Assembly (NCBI GenBank): GCA_964016885.1 | Contig: OZ024749.1 | Location: 13,888,001-13,952,000 of the forward strand | Source of the DNA: Eledone cirrhosa | Taxonomy: Eukaryota | Reading direction: 5' to 3' | DNA: 64,000 nucleotides | Shown here: positions 13,732 to 26,888 of the stretch, one piece after another | Layout of the letters: every line of letters starts with the position of its first letter | Position numbering within the stretch: the stretch's first letter is position 1 | Translations under genes and position numbers: made by a program | Notes under the pieces: model-generated | What the model saw: only the letters and a program-made list of their open reading frames with translations | What the model was told of the DNA's origin: nothing | The model's database searches: none

Positions 13732-13842
13732 ATATAAAGTTTTAGTATATACATATCCATAAATAGTATCCTTAATATTATATATATATATATATAATAT
13801 TAAGGCTACTATTTATGGTTATGTATATACTAAAACTTTTTA
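13732..13842. repeat. Short palindrome centred on a (TA)n tract
   Basis: AAAGTTTTAGTATATACATA.CCATAAATAGTA.CCTTAATAT-(TA)n-reverse complement. Confidence 0.85.
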
Positions 13843-14402
13843 TAGTTATATATATTTTAAACCCTAAACAGTGAAGGTCAGTAATTTATTACTACCTTAT
13901 TACTAGTAAGATGAATAGCTCAATGTAATAACATCAGTTGTTCTACAGAGCAGTTATATAGAATTCACAAGAATCAAAGCTATGTTCAAAGCATTTATTC
14001 ACTTACAATTGTTTCATGCAAACCATACAAAAAATACAAAAATTTCTTACCACTACAACCTCCATAATACTCTTACTTACCCACGTAAAGTGCTTGTATT
14101 ACATGTAACACCCTGCCACACAATAGTCATAGATAAATGGGACACACGTAACTAACACATACAATAACTACTACATCTGACTAATAAACTATCCTCTTGC
14201 ATTATCTATGTTAACTGCCGCATGTATTTTAATTTTGTTTTAATTTTGTTTTAATTTTGATATTGATTTTGACTTTGAATTTGAATTGCTATACGGAAAT
14301 AATATAATATATGTCACTCCACTCTACATCAATATATACATATGTATCTGTATGTCTCTTGCATTGGAAAGGAGGTCAATCATGTGTACAAACATTGAAA
14401 AA

Positions 14403-14449
14403 TGCTCTGAAGATTCCAAGCCTAGGTTTGGATGAAACAATTGTAAGTG
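14403..14449 (+). ncRNA. Minimal type I hammerhead ribozyme
   Basis: TGCT-CTGAAGA-T/TCCAAGC(CTAG)GTTTGGA/T-GAAAC-AATT-GTA|AGTG, with AATAAA at 14450. An inverted copy of the 3' part lies at 13955-14024. Confidence 0.78.
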
Positions 14450-15158
14450 AATAAATGCTTTGAACATAGCTTTGATACTTGTGAATTCTATATATATACT
14501 AATATTAACTACTTGTGAATTGTATATCTATATTAATATTAACTAATTAATTTAATTAGACAATTCTGTTGATTGGTTAATTATTTGTGTTTGTTTTATA
14601 ACATCTAGTCGAGAGCTTATCATGATGAGTAGCGGAAATTAAAATATTTCCTTTCGCTAGCATTTTGAATGACCTGCCTAAAACCGGGGGTTATTTCCCT
14701 TGCCGGAATTAACACGTGTTAACTATAGATACGATTAGCAGCCATCCGAGCTGCAACATATAATTTATCACTCCGGTTCTAAGCAGAACGAAAACCTGTT
14801 GATAAACTGAATCCTCTGTTCGATCACCAATACCATGAGCTTGCCATTCACGTAAGTCTGATATTTGATTTCGGATTCAAAGAAACACTTTAAACGATTG
14901 TTCGTTTGATTTGTCCAGGTGTACTTTTCTCAACCTGATTAGTTCTATCGTTGCTTTGGTATGTATTGTGTGTTAGTTTCGCTTACCACAATGTTCGATT
15001 TGTCAAGCTATTTAAACGTATGTTATTACTCTGAGGTCCTATCTTATCGAGTGCTTTGCTAACTCATCATTTCATATAAGTAGGCCGAATTTACTTGCAA
15101 ACCGCCAGAGATTCGATTTTACTGATTTCCAATTATTTATATATATATATATATATAT

Positions 15159-15538
15159 AAAAGAGAAATAGGACGAAGGTAAACAGTTACAAAAGGATTT
15201 AATCCACGTATTAACAATTGTTTCATCAGAATTTCAGTCCATTATTGCTACACTATGTCATAATAGGCAATCAAGAAAGATACTGTGACATCCGAATTTT
15301 CATTATGACATAGTGTAGCAATAATGGACTGAAATTCTGATGAAACAATTGTTAATACGTGGATTAAATCCTTTTGTAACTGTTTACCTTCGTCCTATTT
15401 CTCTTTTTTGATTACACTCCTCGTTTGTTCGTGTTTCCACCACAGAATCCCTACCAACTTGTCGAGTCACCTTAATGTCTGTTGATAACTTTCCTCACAA
15501 CTTGTTCTACCAAGCTTTGGAATATTCCTAATCACTGA
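15159..15538. mobile_element. Fold-back pLTR remnant in (TA)n
   Basis: Arms 15159-15264 and 15302-15407 are near-perfect reverse complements containing GAAAC-AATT-GT. The right arm has a ~130-nt extension. Confidence 0.7.
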
Positions 15539-15924
15539 ATATATATATATATATATGTATATATGTGTGTGTATATTTATATATATATATATGTGTAACC
15601 ATCACCACCACCACCAATACACCCACCACAACACCAAATATGTTTGTTATTGTGTAAACAAGGAAATTGTTTGCTGAGCAATTATGTCCCCTCTCACTCA
15701 CCACACCTACATCTTTTTCCCTGTCTGTCTGTCTCTGTTAGATGGGTCATCTGTCAGTCTGTTTGTCTGTCTGTAAGTTTATCTATATGTCTATATGTCT
15801 GCCTGTCCCTCTGCCTATGTGTCTGTCTGTCTGTCTGTCTGCCTATCCGTCTGTCAATCCGTCTGTCTGTCTATCTGTGTATTTATCTGTCTATCTATCT
15901 ATCACCCCCCCCCCCCCACCTCAG

Positions 15925-16255
15925 TAAATTCTCTGAAAGGTGGGTGAATGTGGCGACAATGGCCCGAGTAAATGGGCCTTCTCTGTATATAAACCTGTAG
16001 GTTTAGGAAGATAAACAGAGGGAAGACAGGAACACCTACAAAACGTGTTCCTGGTGTTGAGGGTTGTTCTATCCACGGGGTGTAAAACAGCCCTGCAGTA
16101 ACGTTCCCCCCTATTGGGGATTTCAATTGTTATTTTATTATATATAGTTTTTTGTTATTTATTAATGTTAAAGTTATATGATTTTTATGTAAAACCCCCG
16201 CCGTCACGTCTTGTAATGTCCCATTTTTGTACGCCCCTGTGGCAAATAAAGAAAG
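15925..16255 (+). mobile_element. Probable 3' end of an L1/Tx1-like LINE
   Basis: C-terminal peptide KFSERWVNVATMARVNGPSLYINL*, then a T-rich 3' UTR ending GCCCCTGTGGCAAATAAAGAAA. The clade assignment is by resemblance only. Confidence 0.4.
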
Positions 16256-16532
16256 ATATCTCTCTATCTGCCAAGCTATGTATCTGTGTGTCTGTGTATC
16301 TGTCTGTCTATCTGTGTGTCAGTCGGTCCGTCTGTCAGTCTGTCTGTACCTTGGAATGAAGTTTAACAATTCCATTATTCTAGTCAACAGTCTCATATTG
16401 TGATATATAAGAAAGGTGTGGTGTGTATATTGTGGTGTATATTGTGCTGAGTGGGTGTATATTGTGTTTGTTATGATGGTAAGGAATGTAACAGCACTCA
16501 AGACACTGTTTCTCAATAACTGCACTCAATAA

Positions 16533-17048
16533 CTGTTTCTACTTTTGGCACAAGGCCAGCAATTACCCCAGTGCATTACTGGTATTTTATTTTATCGACC
16601 CCGTAAGGGTGACAGGCAAAGCTAACCTTGGCGGCATTTGAACTCAGAATGTAAAGGGCCGTAACTCTATGCTGTAAAGCATGGTATCCAATGCTCTACC
16701 AATACTGCCAATCCACCTAATAATAATAATGGTTTCTGATTTAGGCACAAGGCCAGCAATTTTGGAGGAGGGGAAGTCAATTAAATTGATCCCAGTGCAT
16801 TACTGGTACATTATTTTATCGACCTCGTAAGGATGAAAGGCAAAGCTAACCTCAGCGAGGTTTGAACTCAAGACATAAAGCGATGTAACTATATGTCACA
16901 AAGCAAGGTGTCCAGCGCTCTACCAATTCTGCCAATGCACTAGTGATAATAATAATCATGTCTGATTTAGGAACAAAGCCAGCAATTTTTGTGGATATAT
17001 TTCCCCCAGTACTTGACTGGTACTTCTATTTTATTGACATCGGAGGGA
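16533..17048 (-). mobile_element. Three tandem family-A SINE copies (last one partial)
   Basis: GGCACAAGGCCAGCAATT...ACTGGTAC...ATCGACC...GATTTGAACTCA blocks separated by (AAT)n. Confidence 0.87.
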
Positions 17049-17049
17049 C

Positions 17050-17950
17050 GCTACAGAATATAAACTAGCTGCAGACTATAGGACTGTAAGATCAGAATTT
17101 ACCTAGGGCTGTACAACAGCTATGTACTATATGATCACTGGATCAGGGCTGACCTAGGCTTATACAATGATAAGTAGCTATATTTCATAGGATAACTGGA
17201 TTAGGGTTGACCATAGGCAACAACATATGTAAATTGTTGAACTGCAGATCAGGGCTGGTCAAGGGTTATACAATGACAGCTATCTGTCTACTATAAGACC
17301 ACTGGATCAGAGATGACCTTGGGCTATATGACAACAGTTAGCTGCATACAATAGGATCACTGAACCAGGCTTGACATGGAGCTATACAACTACAGTGGTG
17401 TATTATAGGACCACTGGATCAGAGATGACCTTGGGCTATATGACAAGAGTTAGTTGCATACTATAGGATCACTGAACCAGGCTTGACCTAGAGCTCTACA
17501 GCAACAGCTAGGTGCACACTATAGGATCCCTGGCTCAGAGTTGACCTAGAGATATACAACAGTTAGCTACCTACTATAGGATCCCTAGATCAAGGCTGAC
17601 CACGGGCTATATAATGACAGCTATCTGTTTACTATAAGATCATTGGATCAGAGCTGACCAAGGGTTCTAGAATTGCTAGCTGTCTACTATAGGATCGATG
17701 GATCAGGGTTGATTTAGAGCTATAAGACAAAAGGTAGCTGCATATTATAGGATCGGTGGATCATGGCTGACCTAGGGTTTTTCAACAACAGCTAGCTGTC
17801 TACTATATGATCGATGGATCAGGGTTGATCTAGGGCTATAAGACAAAAGGTAGCTACATATTATAAGATCGGTGGATCATGGCTGACCTAGGGTTTTTCA
17901 ACAACAGCTAGCTGTCTACTATAGGATCGGTGGATCATGGCTGACAGTTG
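17050..17950. repeat. Diverged ~55-58-bp minisatellite, ~16 copies
   Basis: Recurrent ACTATAGGATCACTGGATCAGGGCTGACCTAGGGCTATACAAC.ACAGCTAGCTG consensus. Confidence 0.9.
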
Positions 17951-18225
17951 GATCAAAGTTGACCTGGGTTACTCAACCACTCAGCCAAGCTGGCGTCTAT
18001 CCAGTATAGAGACAAAAGCTAAAGTAACAATGTGATGAGCTGAGCTGATATCCCAGTTTCAATTCCCAGCGGCTAATCTTACCATTTCATTTACATCAGT
18101 TTATAAAGGATGACAATTGACACTTTGTGAGAGATGTTTGATGTAGAGAAATATATGGACAGTCTTAAGAGATGGTTGAATACCCAGGAGGACATGTGGG
18201 AATTGTTAATGTGTTGGTGTGTCCT

Positions 18226-18260
<35 letters not shown>

Positions 18261-19300
18261 GTGTGGGATGTATGTGTATGTGTGTATGTATACATGTATG
18301 TGTGCTTTTGTGTGTGTGTTTGTGTATGTGTGTCTGTATATGTGTATGTGTGCGTCTATGCCTGTATTTGTGTATGTATGTGTGTGTATGTGTGTCTATG
18401 TGTATGTATATATATGTGTGCGTGTGTGTGCATCTATGCCTGTATTTGTGTATGTATGTATGTATGTGCATGTGTGTGTATGTATATATATATGTGTGTA
18501 TGTGTGCATCTATGCCTGTATTTGTGTATGTATGTGTATGTGTGTCTCTGTATATGTATATATATATGTGTATGTGTGCATCTATGCCTGTATTTGTGTA
18601 TGTATGTGTGTGTATGTGCGTCTATGTGTATGTATATATATGTGTGTGTGTGTATGTGTGCATCTATGCCTGTATTTGTGTATGTATGTGTGTGTATGTG
18701 CATCTATGTGTATGTATATATATGTGTGTGTGTGTATGTGTGCATCTATGCCTGTATTTGTGTATGTATGTGTGTGTATGTGCATCTATGTGTATGTATA
18801 TATATGTGTGTGTGTGTATGTGTGCATCTATGCCTGTGTTTGTGTATGTATGTGTGTGTATGCGTGTCTATGTGTATGTATATATATGTGTGTGTGTGTA
18901 TGTGTGCATCTATGCCTGTATTTGTGTATGTATGTATGTATGTATGTGCATGTGTGTCTATGTGTATGTATATATATATGTGTGTATGTGTGCATCTATG
19001 CCTGTATTTGTGTATGTATGTGTGTGTGTATGTGTATCTATGTGTATGTATATATATATGTGTGTGTGTATGTGTGCATCTATGCCTGTGTTTGTGTATG
19101 TATGTGTGTGTATGCGTGTCTATGTGTATGTATATATATGTGTGTGTGTGTATGTGTGCATCTATGCCTGTATTTGTGTATGTATGTGTGTGTATGTGTG
19201 TCTATGTGTATGTATATATATGTGTGTGTGTGTATGTGTGCATCTATGCCTGTATTTGTGTATGTATGTGTGTGTATGTGTGTCTATGTGTATGTATATG
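18226..19300. repeat. (TG/TA) microsatellite organised into ~80-bp higher-order units
   Basis: Anchor GCATCTATGCCTGTATTTG recurs about every 74-86 bp. Confidence 0.9.
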
Positions 19301-20106
19301 TTACTGATGTAATCAATATTGGTTTCATACATTTCCATACTTTGATGTTATTGTTTAGTTCTGTCGAGTATTGATAACATCAACACCACCAACAACACTG
19401 CTGCCTCTGCCACCACCAACATCATCAACATCATCAACAGCACCACCAACGCCACTCTTGCCATCAGCAGGATCACTGACACCAACATCACCACCATAGC
19501 CACAACCACTAACACCACCATAGCCACAACTACCAACACCATCATAGTAACAACCACCAACACCACCACTGCCAACACCACTAACACCACCAACATCACC
19601 AGGAACACCACCACCAACACCACCACTGCCAACACCACCAACATCACCAGGAACACCACCACTGTCAACACCACCAACATCACCAGGAACACCAACAACA
19701 ACAGTACCAAAATAATGGTGGAGGTCAAATGCAGGCAAAAACACTACAGGGAGCCTCACCCCAGAAAGAATTCTATAGACTTCTGACTGAGGAATGCTCT
19801 CAGAACTGAACAATGGGAAGTTTGACACTTTTTTTTGTTATTTTGTTCCTTTAACACCTTGTCCCTTCTACCATTTTATCAATTTTTAAGCTAACTCCAA
19901 CAATAACAACACTTAGAATGAGGAATGTTCTAATAACTGACCAATGAGAGAAGGGGACCTGTGACACTGAAATTCGTTTGTTTGAATTCATATGACTCCA
20001 GTTCCTCAGTGAAATAACAACCCAACAAGGAACTGGGCATCTCAGAGTATTGACAATATCATACACCTAAACAACATATTTACTTGTCTAAACCATACTA
20101 ATTCAA

Positions 20107-20161
20107 ACTGCCTGAAGAGGTCACAGCCAAAGATGGCTGTCACTGAAATATATATAGCAGT
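20107..20161 (+). ncRNA. Minimal type I hammerhead ribozyme
   Basis: ACTGC-CTGAAGA-GGTCACAGCCA(AAGA)TGGCTGTCACT-GAAAT-ATAT-ATA|GCAGT. Stem I is a perfect 5 bp and AATAAA follows at 20162. Confidence 0.88.
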
Positions 20162-20311
20162 AATAAACGAAGCTAAATTTTAATCATTTGACTTTTATTT
20201 AACTTTATTTTACACTACTCCGGGGTAACCAAACCAACCTGCGCACTTCGTCGAGTGCTTCAGCCTGCATACTTAGGTGTTGGTATACAACCAACATAAA
20301 CTCAAAATCTA

Positions 20312-20388
<77 letters not shown>

Positions 20389-20394
<6 letters not shown>

Positions 20395-20972
20395 GGTAAA
20401 AATGAAACGAAATTTCATTTCCCACTCTTAGTACGGCTGTTACTTAAATATAAGTATGTACACGTACATACATATATGTATGCAGACGTACAGTAGTATG
20501 TATATATATATATATACATGCACACATATATATATGTACGTATGGATTCACCGAACATTTATTATAATGCTCGGTGTGTTTGTAAACAAACATCCCGTAT
20601 TAAGCCGTAGTGTCCAGCAACCATCGTTGCTCGTTTGTTCAACACTGACAAAGGAACGCTGTACTAGTTTCAAGCTTATTAGCTATCATCAGCAACGTAT
20701 ACCTTCCTGCCAGATTGTTGAACGTATATACTTACCTTATGCATATTAACGGCTGAGTAGCTCAATTTGCATATCGAGTGGGTTAATCGGCCGGGTGCAC
20801 CGAAAACGATAAATGGTAAAAATGAAACGAAATTTCATTTCCCACTCTTAGTACGGCTGTTACTTAAATATAAGTATGTACACGTACATACATATATGTA
20901 TGCAGACGTACAGTAGTATGTATATATATATATACATACATGCACACATATATATATGTACGTATGGATTCA
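20389..20972. repeat. ~420-bp unit with ~160-bp terminal direct repeat
   Basis: 20389-20551 is repeated almost identically at 20809-20972. Confidence 0.9.
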
Positions 20973-20976
20973 CAAT

Positions 20977-21627
20977 ATAAATATAAATTAGCGAGAATCG
21001 TATTTCAGCTCAGGAATTAACGAAAATCAACATCCGATATGTGTGGCAAGCGCTCGATGATTCATGCGAATCAGAGCTACAACATACGTTAAGGGCCAAA
21101 CACACTGAGATGATGGTTAAACATATCATCCGCACAGCCAAAACAAACGACCAAGTAATTCGGGTCAAACAATATAAATATATGTGTTGATACTTTCCCG
21201 GACCCTGGACTGATGGTAAAATCCAGTATTGGTTTCTGCGACTCCAAAAGCAGGTACTGCCCGCCTCCATAAAGAATGTCTGGCTTCAGGTAAGATGATG
21301 AACATGGAAGTCGTGTTATCAACGGGTTTTGTTCTAGGATGCTATAGAAAGTGTGTCTATTACTGACCCCACGTGGAGTTCAGCAAGGGAGGCAACACCT
21401 CTATTTTGCGAATGATTCAGTTGTGTATCATATTGCGAGAATGCAAAATATCACAAATCGAATAAAGCTCTCGACAGAGTGGTTAAATATAACAGAGCTA
21501 TTCAACAGTCAATAGAAGCAACTAAAAAAAATCAATAAAATTAACTGGTCAATAGCTAGACTCTGGAGATTAATACAAATATAAATTAGCGAGAATCGTA
21601 TTTCAGCACAGGAATTAACGAAAATCA

Positions 21628-21630
<3 letters not shown>
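20977..21630. repeat. ~600-bp unit with ~55-bp terminal direct repeat
   Basis: AAATATAAATTAGCGAGAATCGTATTTCAGC.CAGGAATTAACGAAAATCAACA occurs at ~20979 and ~21577. Confidence 0.85.
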
Positions 21631-21680
<50 letters not shown>

Positions 21681-21686
<6 letters not shown>

Positions 21687-22086
21687 CCGACCTTACCCAA
21701 TTACACCTCTCAAAGGCGATGACATACGACCGTGACCTCTGGTGTCACGCAGTAATACAGAGTACCCGACCTCCCATGGGTACAAGCTGAAGCATATAGA
21801 CAATATGCCCCCACACCCTCCCACTGCAAGGTGGTCGTGGAGGTGCCACGGCAAAAAAGCACCCAGCCCACACTGTAAAGTGGACGTGTAGGCGCCACGA
21901 AAAAGCACCCAGCACTCACTGTAAATGAGGTTGGTGTTAGGAAGGGCATCCAGCTGTAGAAATCAAGCCAAATCAGTTCCTGTATGAGCAAGGCATGGTC
22001 AGCCGACCAGACACTGCCCACAACAGGACAACCTGTCTAACCCATGCTAGCGTGGAAGAACGGACGTAAAACGGTGATGATGATGA

Positions 22087-22090
<4 letters not shown>
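21681..22090 (+). mobile_element. RTE-clade LINE 3' fragment
   Basis: KADLTQLHLSKAMTYDRDLW C-terminus, 3' UTR and (GAT)n tail, homologous to 30175-30586. Confidence 0.88.
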
Positions 22091-22153
<63 letters not shown>

Positions 22154-22248
22154 AGAGCTGAAAAATATCTTTTAACATGTTAAAATATCCCTCACTCACT
22201 TACAGACACATTCCTACTGACCATCCCTCTACCACGAATTACTCTGCT

Positions 22249-22281
<33 letters not shown>

Positions 22282-23156
22282 CACACACACACACACACTT
22301 GTCTTAATAAGCATTTGAACTGTCAACAGGCTGCGGTTCGCACACACAACCCTGCTGACCATTATCACAACAACGAACACTTTACTACTACTACACACAC
22401 ACACACACATATTTGTTGTGAAAGAGTCATTTCTCAGTCAGCCGACACAAACCTACATTTGGCGCAAAATCAATTTTTTACAATCACATGACCTCTACCG
22501 ACCAATCAAAATTGTTTTGACCACCAGAATTTTTGCAACACGAATTGGCGCAAAATTTATTTTAATACCACTGGAGCCACTTTTTAAACATAAAAACAGA
22601 TAGAATTCCCAAAACTAATCAGATCAGAGCAAACATCACGGACGCTCTATCTCAAAATTATTTTTGAAAAGCATTAGAAATGCGCAACCAGTAAAACTTA
22701 AAACCAAAACTGAATACTAACCAATACAATTACTAATTACTAATACTCACTTATTCCTAATTAAACTATTTTTCACTGTAAACAATTTGTCAGCATTTTC
22801 TATTCCGTTTACCAATATATGTAAGTATGTATGTATGTATGTATGTATGTATGTATGTATGTATGTATGTATGTATGTATGTATGTATATGTTGGGCTGC
22901 CATGAGATAGAGGGGGTGTGTAGAGCTGCCGTAGGAGGAGGATTGCCAGAAGTTGGGGGTCGCCTGATGACCGGAAGCAGGAGAATGGGGGCGACATGAG
23001 GGACCAAGCGGTGGGCACCGGGCACTTGCTGGCACTGTGAGGAGACGGGTCGTGTGAAGATAGACGCTATTTGGAAGTACCCCACGTGGACGGTGGAACG
23101 AGTGATAGAAAGACGCAAGGTAAGTCTGAATGCCTCCAGCTATAGTATGTATGTAA

Positions 23157-23771
23157 TCATCACCATCATCATTTTACGTCTGTTCTTCCACGCTAGCATG
23201 GGTTAGACGGGTTGTCCTGTTGTGGGCAGTGTCCGGTCGGCTGACCATGCCTTGCTCATACAGGAACTGATTCTGGCTTGATTTCTACAACTGGATGCCC
23301 CTCCTAACACCAACCTCATTTACAGTGAGTGCTGTGTGCTTTTTTCCATGGTGCCTACACGTCCACTTTACAGTGTGGGCTGGGTGCATTTTTGCTGTGG
23401 CACCTCCACGACCACCTTGCAGTGGGAGGGGGTTGGGGCATATTGTCTATATGCTTCAGCTTCAGCTTGTACCCGCGTGGGGGGGGGGGTCTTCTGTATT
23501 TTTTGCGTGACGCCAGAGGTCACGGTCGTATGACATCGCCTTTGAGAGGTGTAATTGGGTAAGGTCGGCTTTTATCACATTATCCCAGGTCTTCTTGGGT
23601 CTCCCCACTCCACGGTTTCCATCAACTTCTAGTGCTCTGCACCTTTTTACGCAGCTGTCATCCTTCATACGCATCACATGTCCATACCAACGCAACCGCC
23701 TTTCCTGCACGCAGCATTTAATTCCTCTTATGCTCAGTCTCTCTCTCAATTCATTTATGCTTTGCCATTCG

Positions 23772-23775
<4 letters not shown>
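23157..23775 (-). mobile_element. RTE-clade LINE 3' fragment
   Basis: RRLRWYGHVMRM...GVGRPKKTW motifs in ORF 23462..23749, followed by 3' UTR and (GAT)n tail. Confidence 0.92.
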
Positions 23776-23854
<79 letters not shown>

Positions 23855-23909
23855 CGAAATAGATTAAGTACAATTAAAGTCAGTGTTGCAACATGAGTAC
23901 ATTTATTGT

Positions 23910-23996
23910 CATATTACAATTGTTTAAGATATCGATCAGTTCAGGCTACAGTCAAAATGAGGGTCCAAACTCTTTTTTGACATCTCCTCAGATATG
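23910..23996 (-). ncRNA. Hammerhead ribozyme, probably inactive (G12 lost)
   Basis: CATAT-CTGAGGA-GATGTC...GATATCT-TAAAC-AATT-GTA|ATATG, then AATAAA. Confidence 0.6.
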
Positions 23997-24598
23997 TGAG
24001 TATATTTGTGCAAAGACAAATCTGCACTCTGGACACTACAGTCACCTTGACTGTGGAATACAATACACATGAGACAGACCTCATAACAGCATTGAGTGCT
24101 TTAAATGGCGCACCTTCTATCCCCTTTCTCCCCCCCCCTCTCTCTTTGCTTCCTTACTAATTCCGCTTTTCTTTGTCTCTCCCTCATTATACCTGTTCTT
24201 GCTAAGATCAGAGGTGTTTCTCTTCACTCTCTCTCATGCAGTTAATAAGGTCTCAGAGCTTACACCCAGCTGCCTTTTTTAACTTTTTCCTCTCTCCCTT
24301 GGTTACTGCTACATACATGTACTACCGTCTCATGTTCCACTCTCTATAGGTATGTTTTTTTCTTCTGTTTATTTTCTTTCTCTTCGCTATCGTCTCTTTT
24401 TTGTCTTTTCCTTCCCTAATAACTTCCTGAAGTTATTAACGCACTATGGATAGATGTATTGTCATTAATGTGTCAAAACATCCGAGACCCACAGCAGACA
24501 ACTGAAGAGGGGAATTGTCTTATGTTTGTGTTTCCCTTACATTTCTAAACACTATATATATATATACACACACACAGACATACATATATTTATTATAT

Positions 24599-24644
<46 letters not shown>

Positions 24645-24698
24645 CGTTTCTGAATTTGTTTAGCAAGATTCTTTATCTGAAAACGTGTGTTGAAACCG

Positions 24699-25131
24699 AT
24701 ATTGTTATACTTTGGGAGGGTCATGTTGCCAATAAGAAACACACGCACCAGTTGCTTTCACTTCAATTTATTATAATAAATTTATAAATTTAGGAATTTA
24801 TAAATTTCCGGTTGGTTGGTTGGTTCCACAACCAGATGATTGTTTATATATTGTCAAAGTTCTTTCGTCACACATTCTGTGACCTCTTCAGTGACTGGGG
24901 ATTCTTTTCTTTGTTTTTTGTGCCTCTCCTTTGTTCTGTCCTATGCCATCTTGTTTGAAAAACAAGATGGCGTAGACAATATATAAACAACCATCTGGTT
25001 GTGGAACCAACCAACCAACCGGAAATTTATAAATTCATAAATTTATAAATTTATTATAATAAATTGAAGTGAATGCAACTGGTGCGTGTGTTTCTTATTG
25101 GCAACATGACCCTCCCAAAGTATAACAATAT
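24699..25131. mobile_element. Fold-back module with degenerate hammerhead in the spacer
   Basis: Arms are 24699-24855 and 24975-25131. The minus strand reads GTCA-CTGAAGA-GGTCACA(GAATG)TGTGAC-GAAAGAACTT|TGAC at ~24853-24895. A nested hairpin lies at 24942-24974. Confidence 0.72.
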
Positions 25132-25327
25132 ATATATATATATATATATTCTATATATATAAATCTCATGCAAGTATGGGAAAATGGATGTAAAAACGAT
25201 GGTAATGATGATGATGATGATGATATATGTTCATACATAAACTTAGATATGGTTTGAGCCAATATTGGCTAAAATCTACATATTTACACACATATATATA
25301 TATGTATACACACACACACATACGCAC

Positions 25328-25369
<42 letters not shown>

Positions 25370-25373
25370 GCAC

Positions 25374-25442
<69 letters not shown>

Positions 25443-25559
25443 TAGACAGACATAGTAAGTCAGTTATGTTACATAAGAAACAATGTTTGTCTTTAGTCAG
25501 AAGACTGGAAAACTGGAAGTCTTGTGATATACACAGATGGTGCCAACTGTCCTACACAA

Positions 25560-26080
25560 CTTGCTGCTGCTACTGCTGTTGTTGTTGTTGCTGCTGCTGC
25601 TCTTCTTACTGTTGCTGCTGTTGTTCTTCTTGATGTTGCTGCTGCTGCTGTTGTTGCTGATGTAGTAGTTTTTGTTGCTGCTGTTGTTGTTTTTATTTTG
25701 CTTGTTGTTGCTGCTGCTGTTGTTTTTGCTTTTGTTGTTATTATTTCTGCTGCTGTTGCTGTTCTTGTTACTGTTACACTTGCTGCTGCTGCTGTTGTTG
25801 TTGTTGCTGTTGCTGCTGCTGTTGTTGTTGTTGTTGTTGTTGCTGCTGCTGTTTTTGTTGTTGTTGTTGTTGTTGTTCTTGCTGCTGGTGTTGCTCTTGC
25901 TGCTGTTCTTGTTGTTGCTGCTGTTGTTGCTGTTGCTGCTGTTCTTGTTGCTTTTGTTGTTATTATTTCTGCTGCTGTTGCTGTTCTTGTTACTGTTACA
26001 TTTGCTGCTGCTACTGTTGTTGTTGTTGCTGCTGCTGCTGTTGTTGTTGTTGTTGTTGCTGTTGTTGTTGTTGTTGTTGT
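25560..26080. repeat. (GCT/GTT)n low-complexity tract
   Basis: Mixed triplet repeats with an internal ~70-bp duplication. Confidence 0.95.
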
Positions 26081-26204
26081 ATACCCCCAGTTCTACTTCA
26101 TTAAACAGACATATACAGTACCGGTGTATTTAGGACAACTAAGATAGCCACATAGTGCTCGGACCTCAGAGAGGGGCACTATAGACATATACAGCACCAG
26201 TGGA

Positions 26205-26438
26205 GTCATGTGGCGTAGTGGTTAGAGAATTGGATCGCAATTGTGAGGTTGGGAGTTCGATTCCCCCACCAGGTGATGCATTATTTCCTTTATTCCACGT
26301 TGCTCTTTCAGCCAAGAGTTGCGACTGGTAGATACTATCAGCAATGGAAAGACCAATGGAGACATTGTTTTCTTGGTCCAATTTGATGAGTTCCACCCCA
26401 CTTGGTAAGTAAAGGAAGCCTGGGATTTTGTCAATTGA
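26205..26438 (+). mobile_element. tRNA-headed SINE with partly deleted CORE
   Basis: A-box TGGCGTAGTGG, B-box GAGTTCGATTC, then TTTATTCCACGTTGCTC. Confidence 0.65.
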
Positions 26439-26809
26439 TATATATATTTATATATATATTACGTGGCTCAGAAAAACTTCTTTCTTGGAGCTATTTAATT
26501 GTAAGAAACTATTTTGAGTTTCTAACTCAGTATATGATATATATATATATTAATGTTTTGTCTCTCGTCTCTTACTCCACTGGACAGCGTTTGGCTTATG
26601 TCAGATGCTGTGACCCCAGATAGATCAGCAGTACCGTTGGTAGGGGTCAAAACTGCCAAAGTCTCCCTCAATGGCCGATGACAATCAAGTTCTGTGTCTT
26701 TCATTTGTATCTCTAAAAAATAATGTTTTAAAGTTTCCCCATAAAATATTGTTTTTCATTTTGTTTTGTTTCCGTTCATTGTCTTGCCTTCTCTTTGTTA
26801 ATTTTCCTA

Positions 26810-26884
<75 letters not shown>

Positions 26885-26888
<4 letters not shown>

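Noticed and set aside
18134-19374. ORFs of 360-400 aa rich in C/V/Y/M, and similar YI/HT ORFs across the window
   Set aside because: These are translations of dinucleotide microsatellites.
19359-19786. Plus-strand Thr/Asn-rich open frame after TTGTTTAG (mucin-like, many N-x-T)
   Set aside because: The composition follows from (ACC/AAC)n repeats, and there is no partner exon or recognisable domain.
22891-23143. GC-richer island in (TATG)n with an AAG|GTAAGT donor-like site
   Set aside because: No convincing acceptor or protein motif was found. It is probably a TE fragment that I cannot classify.
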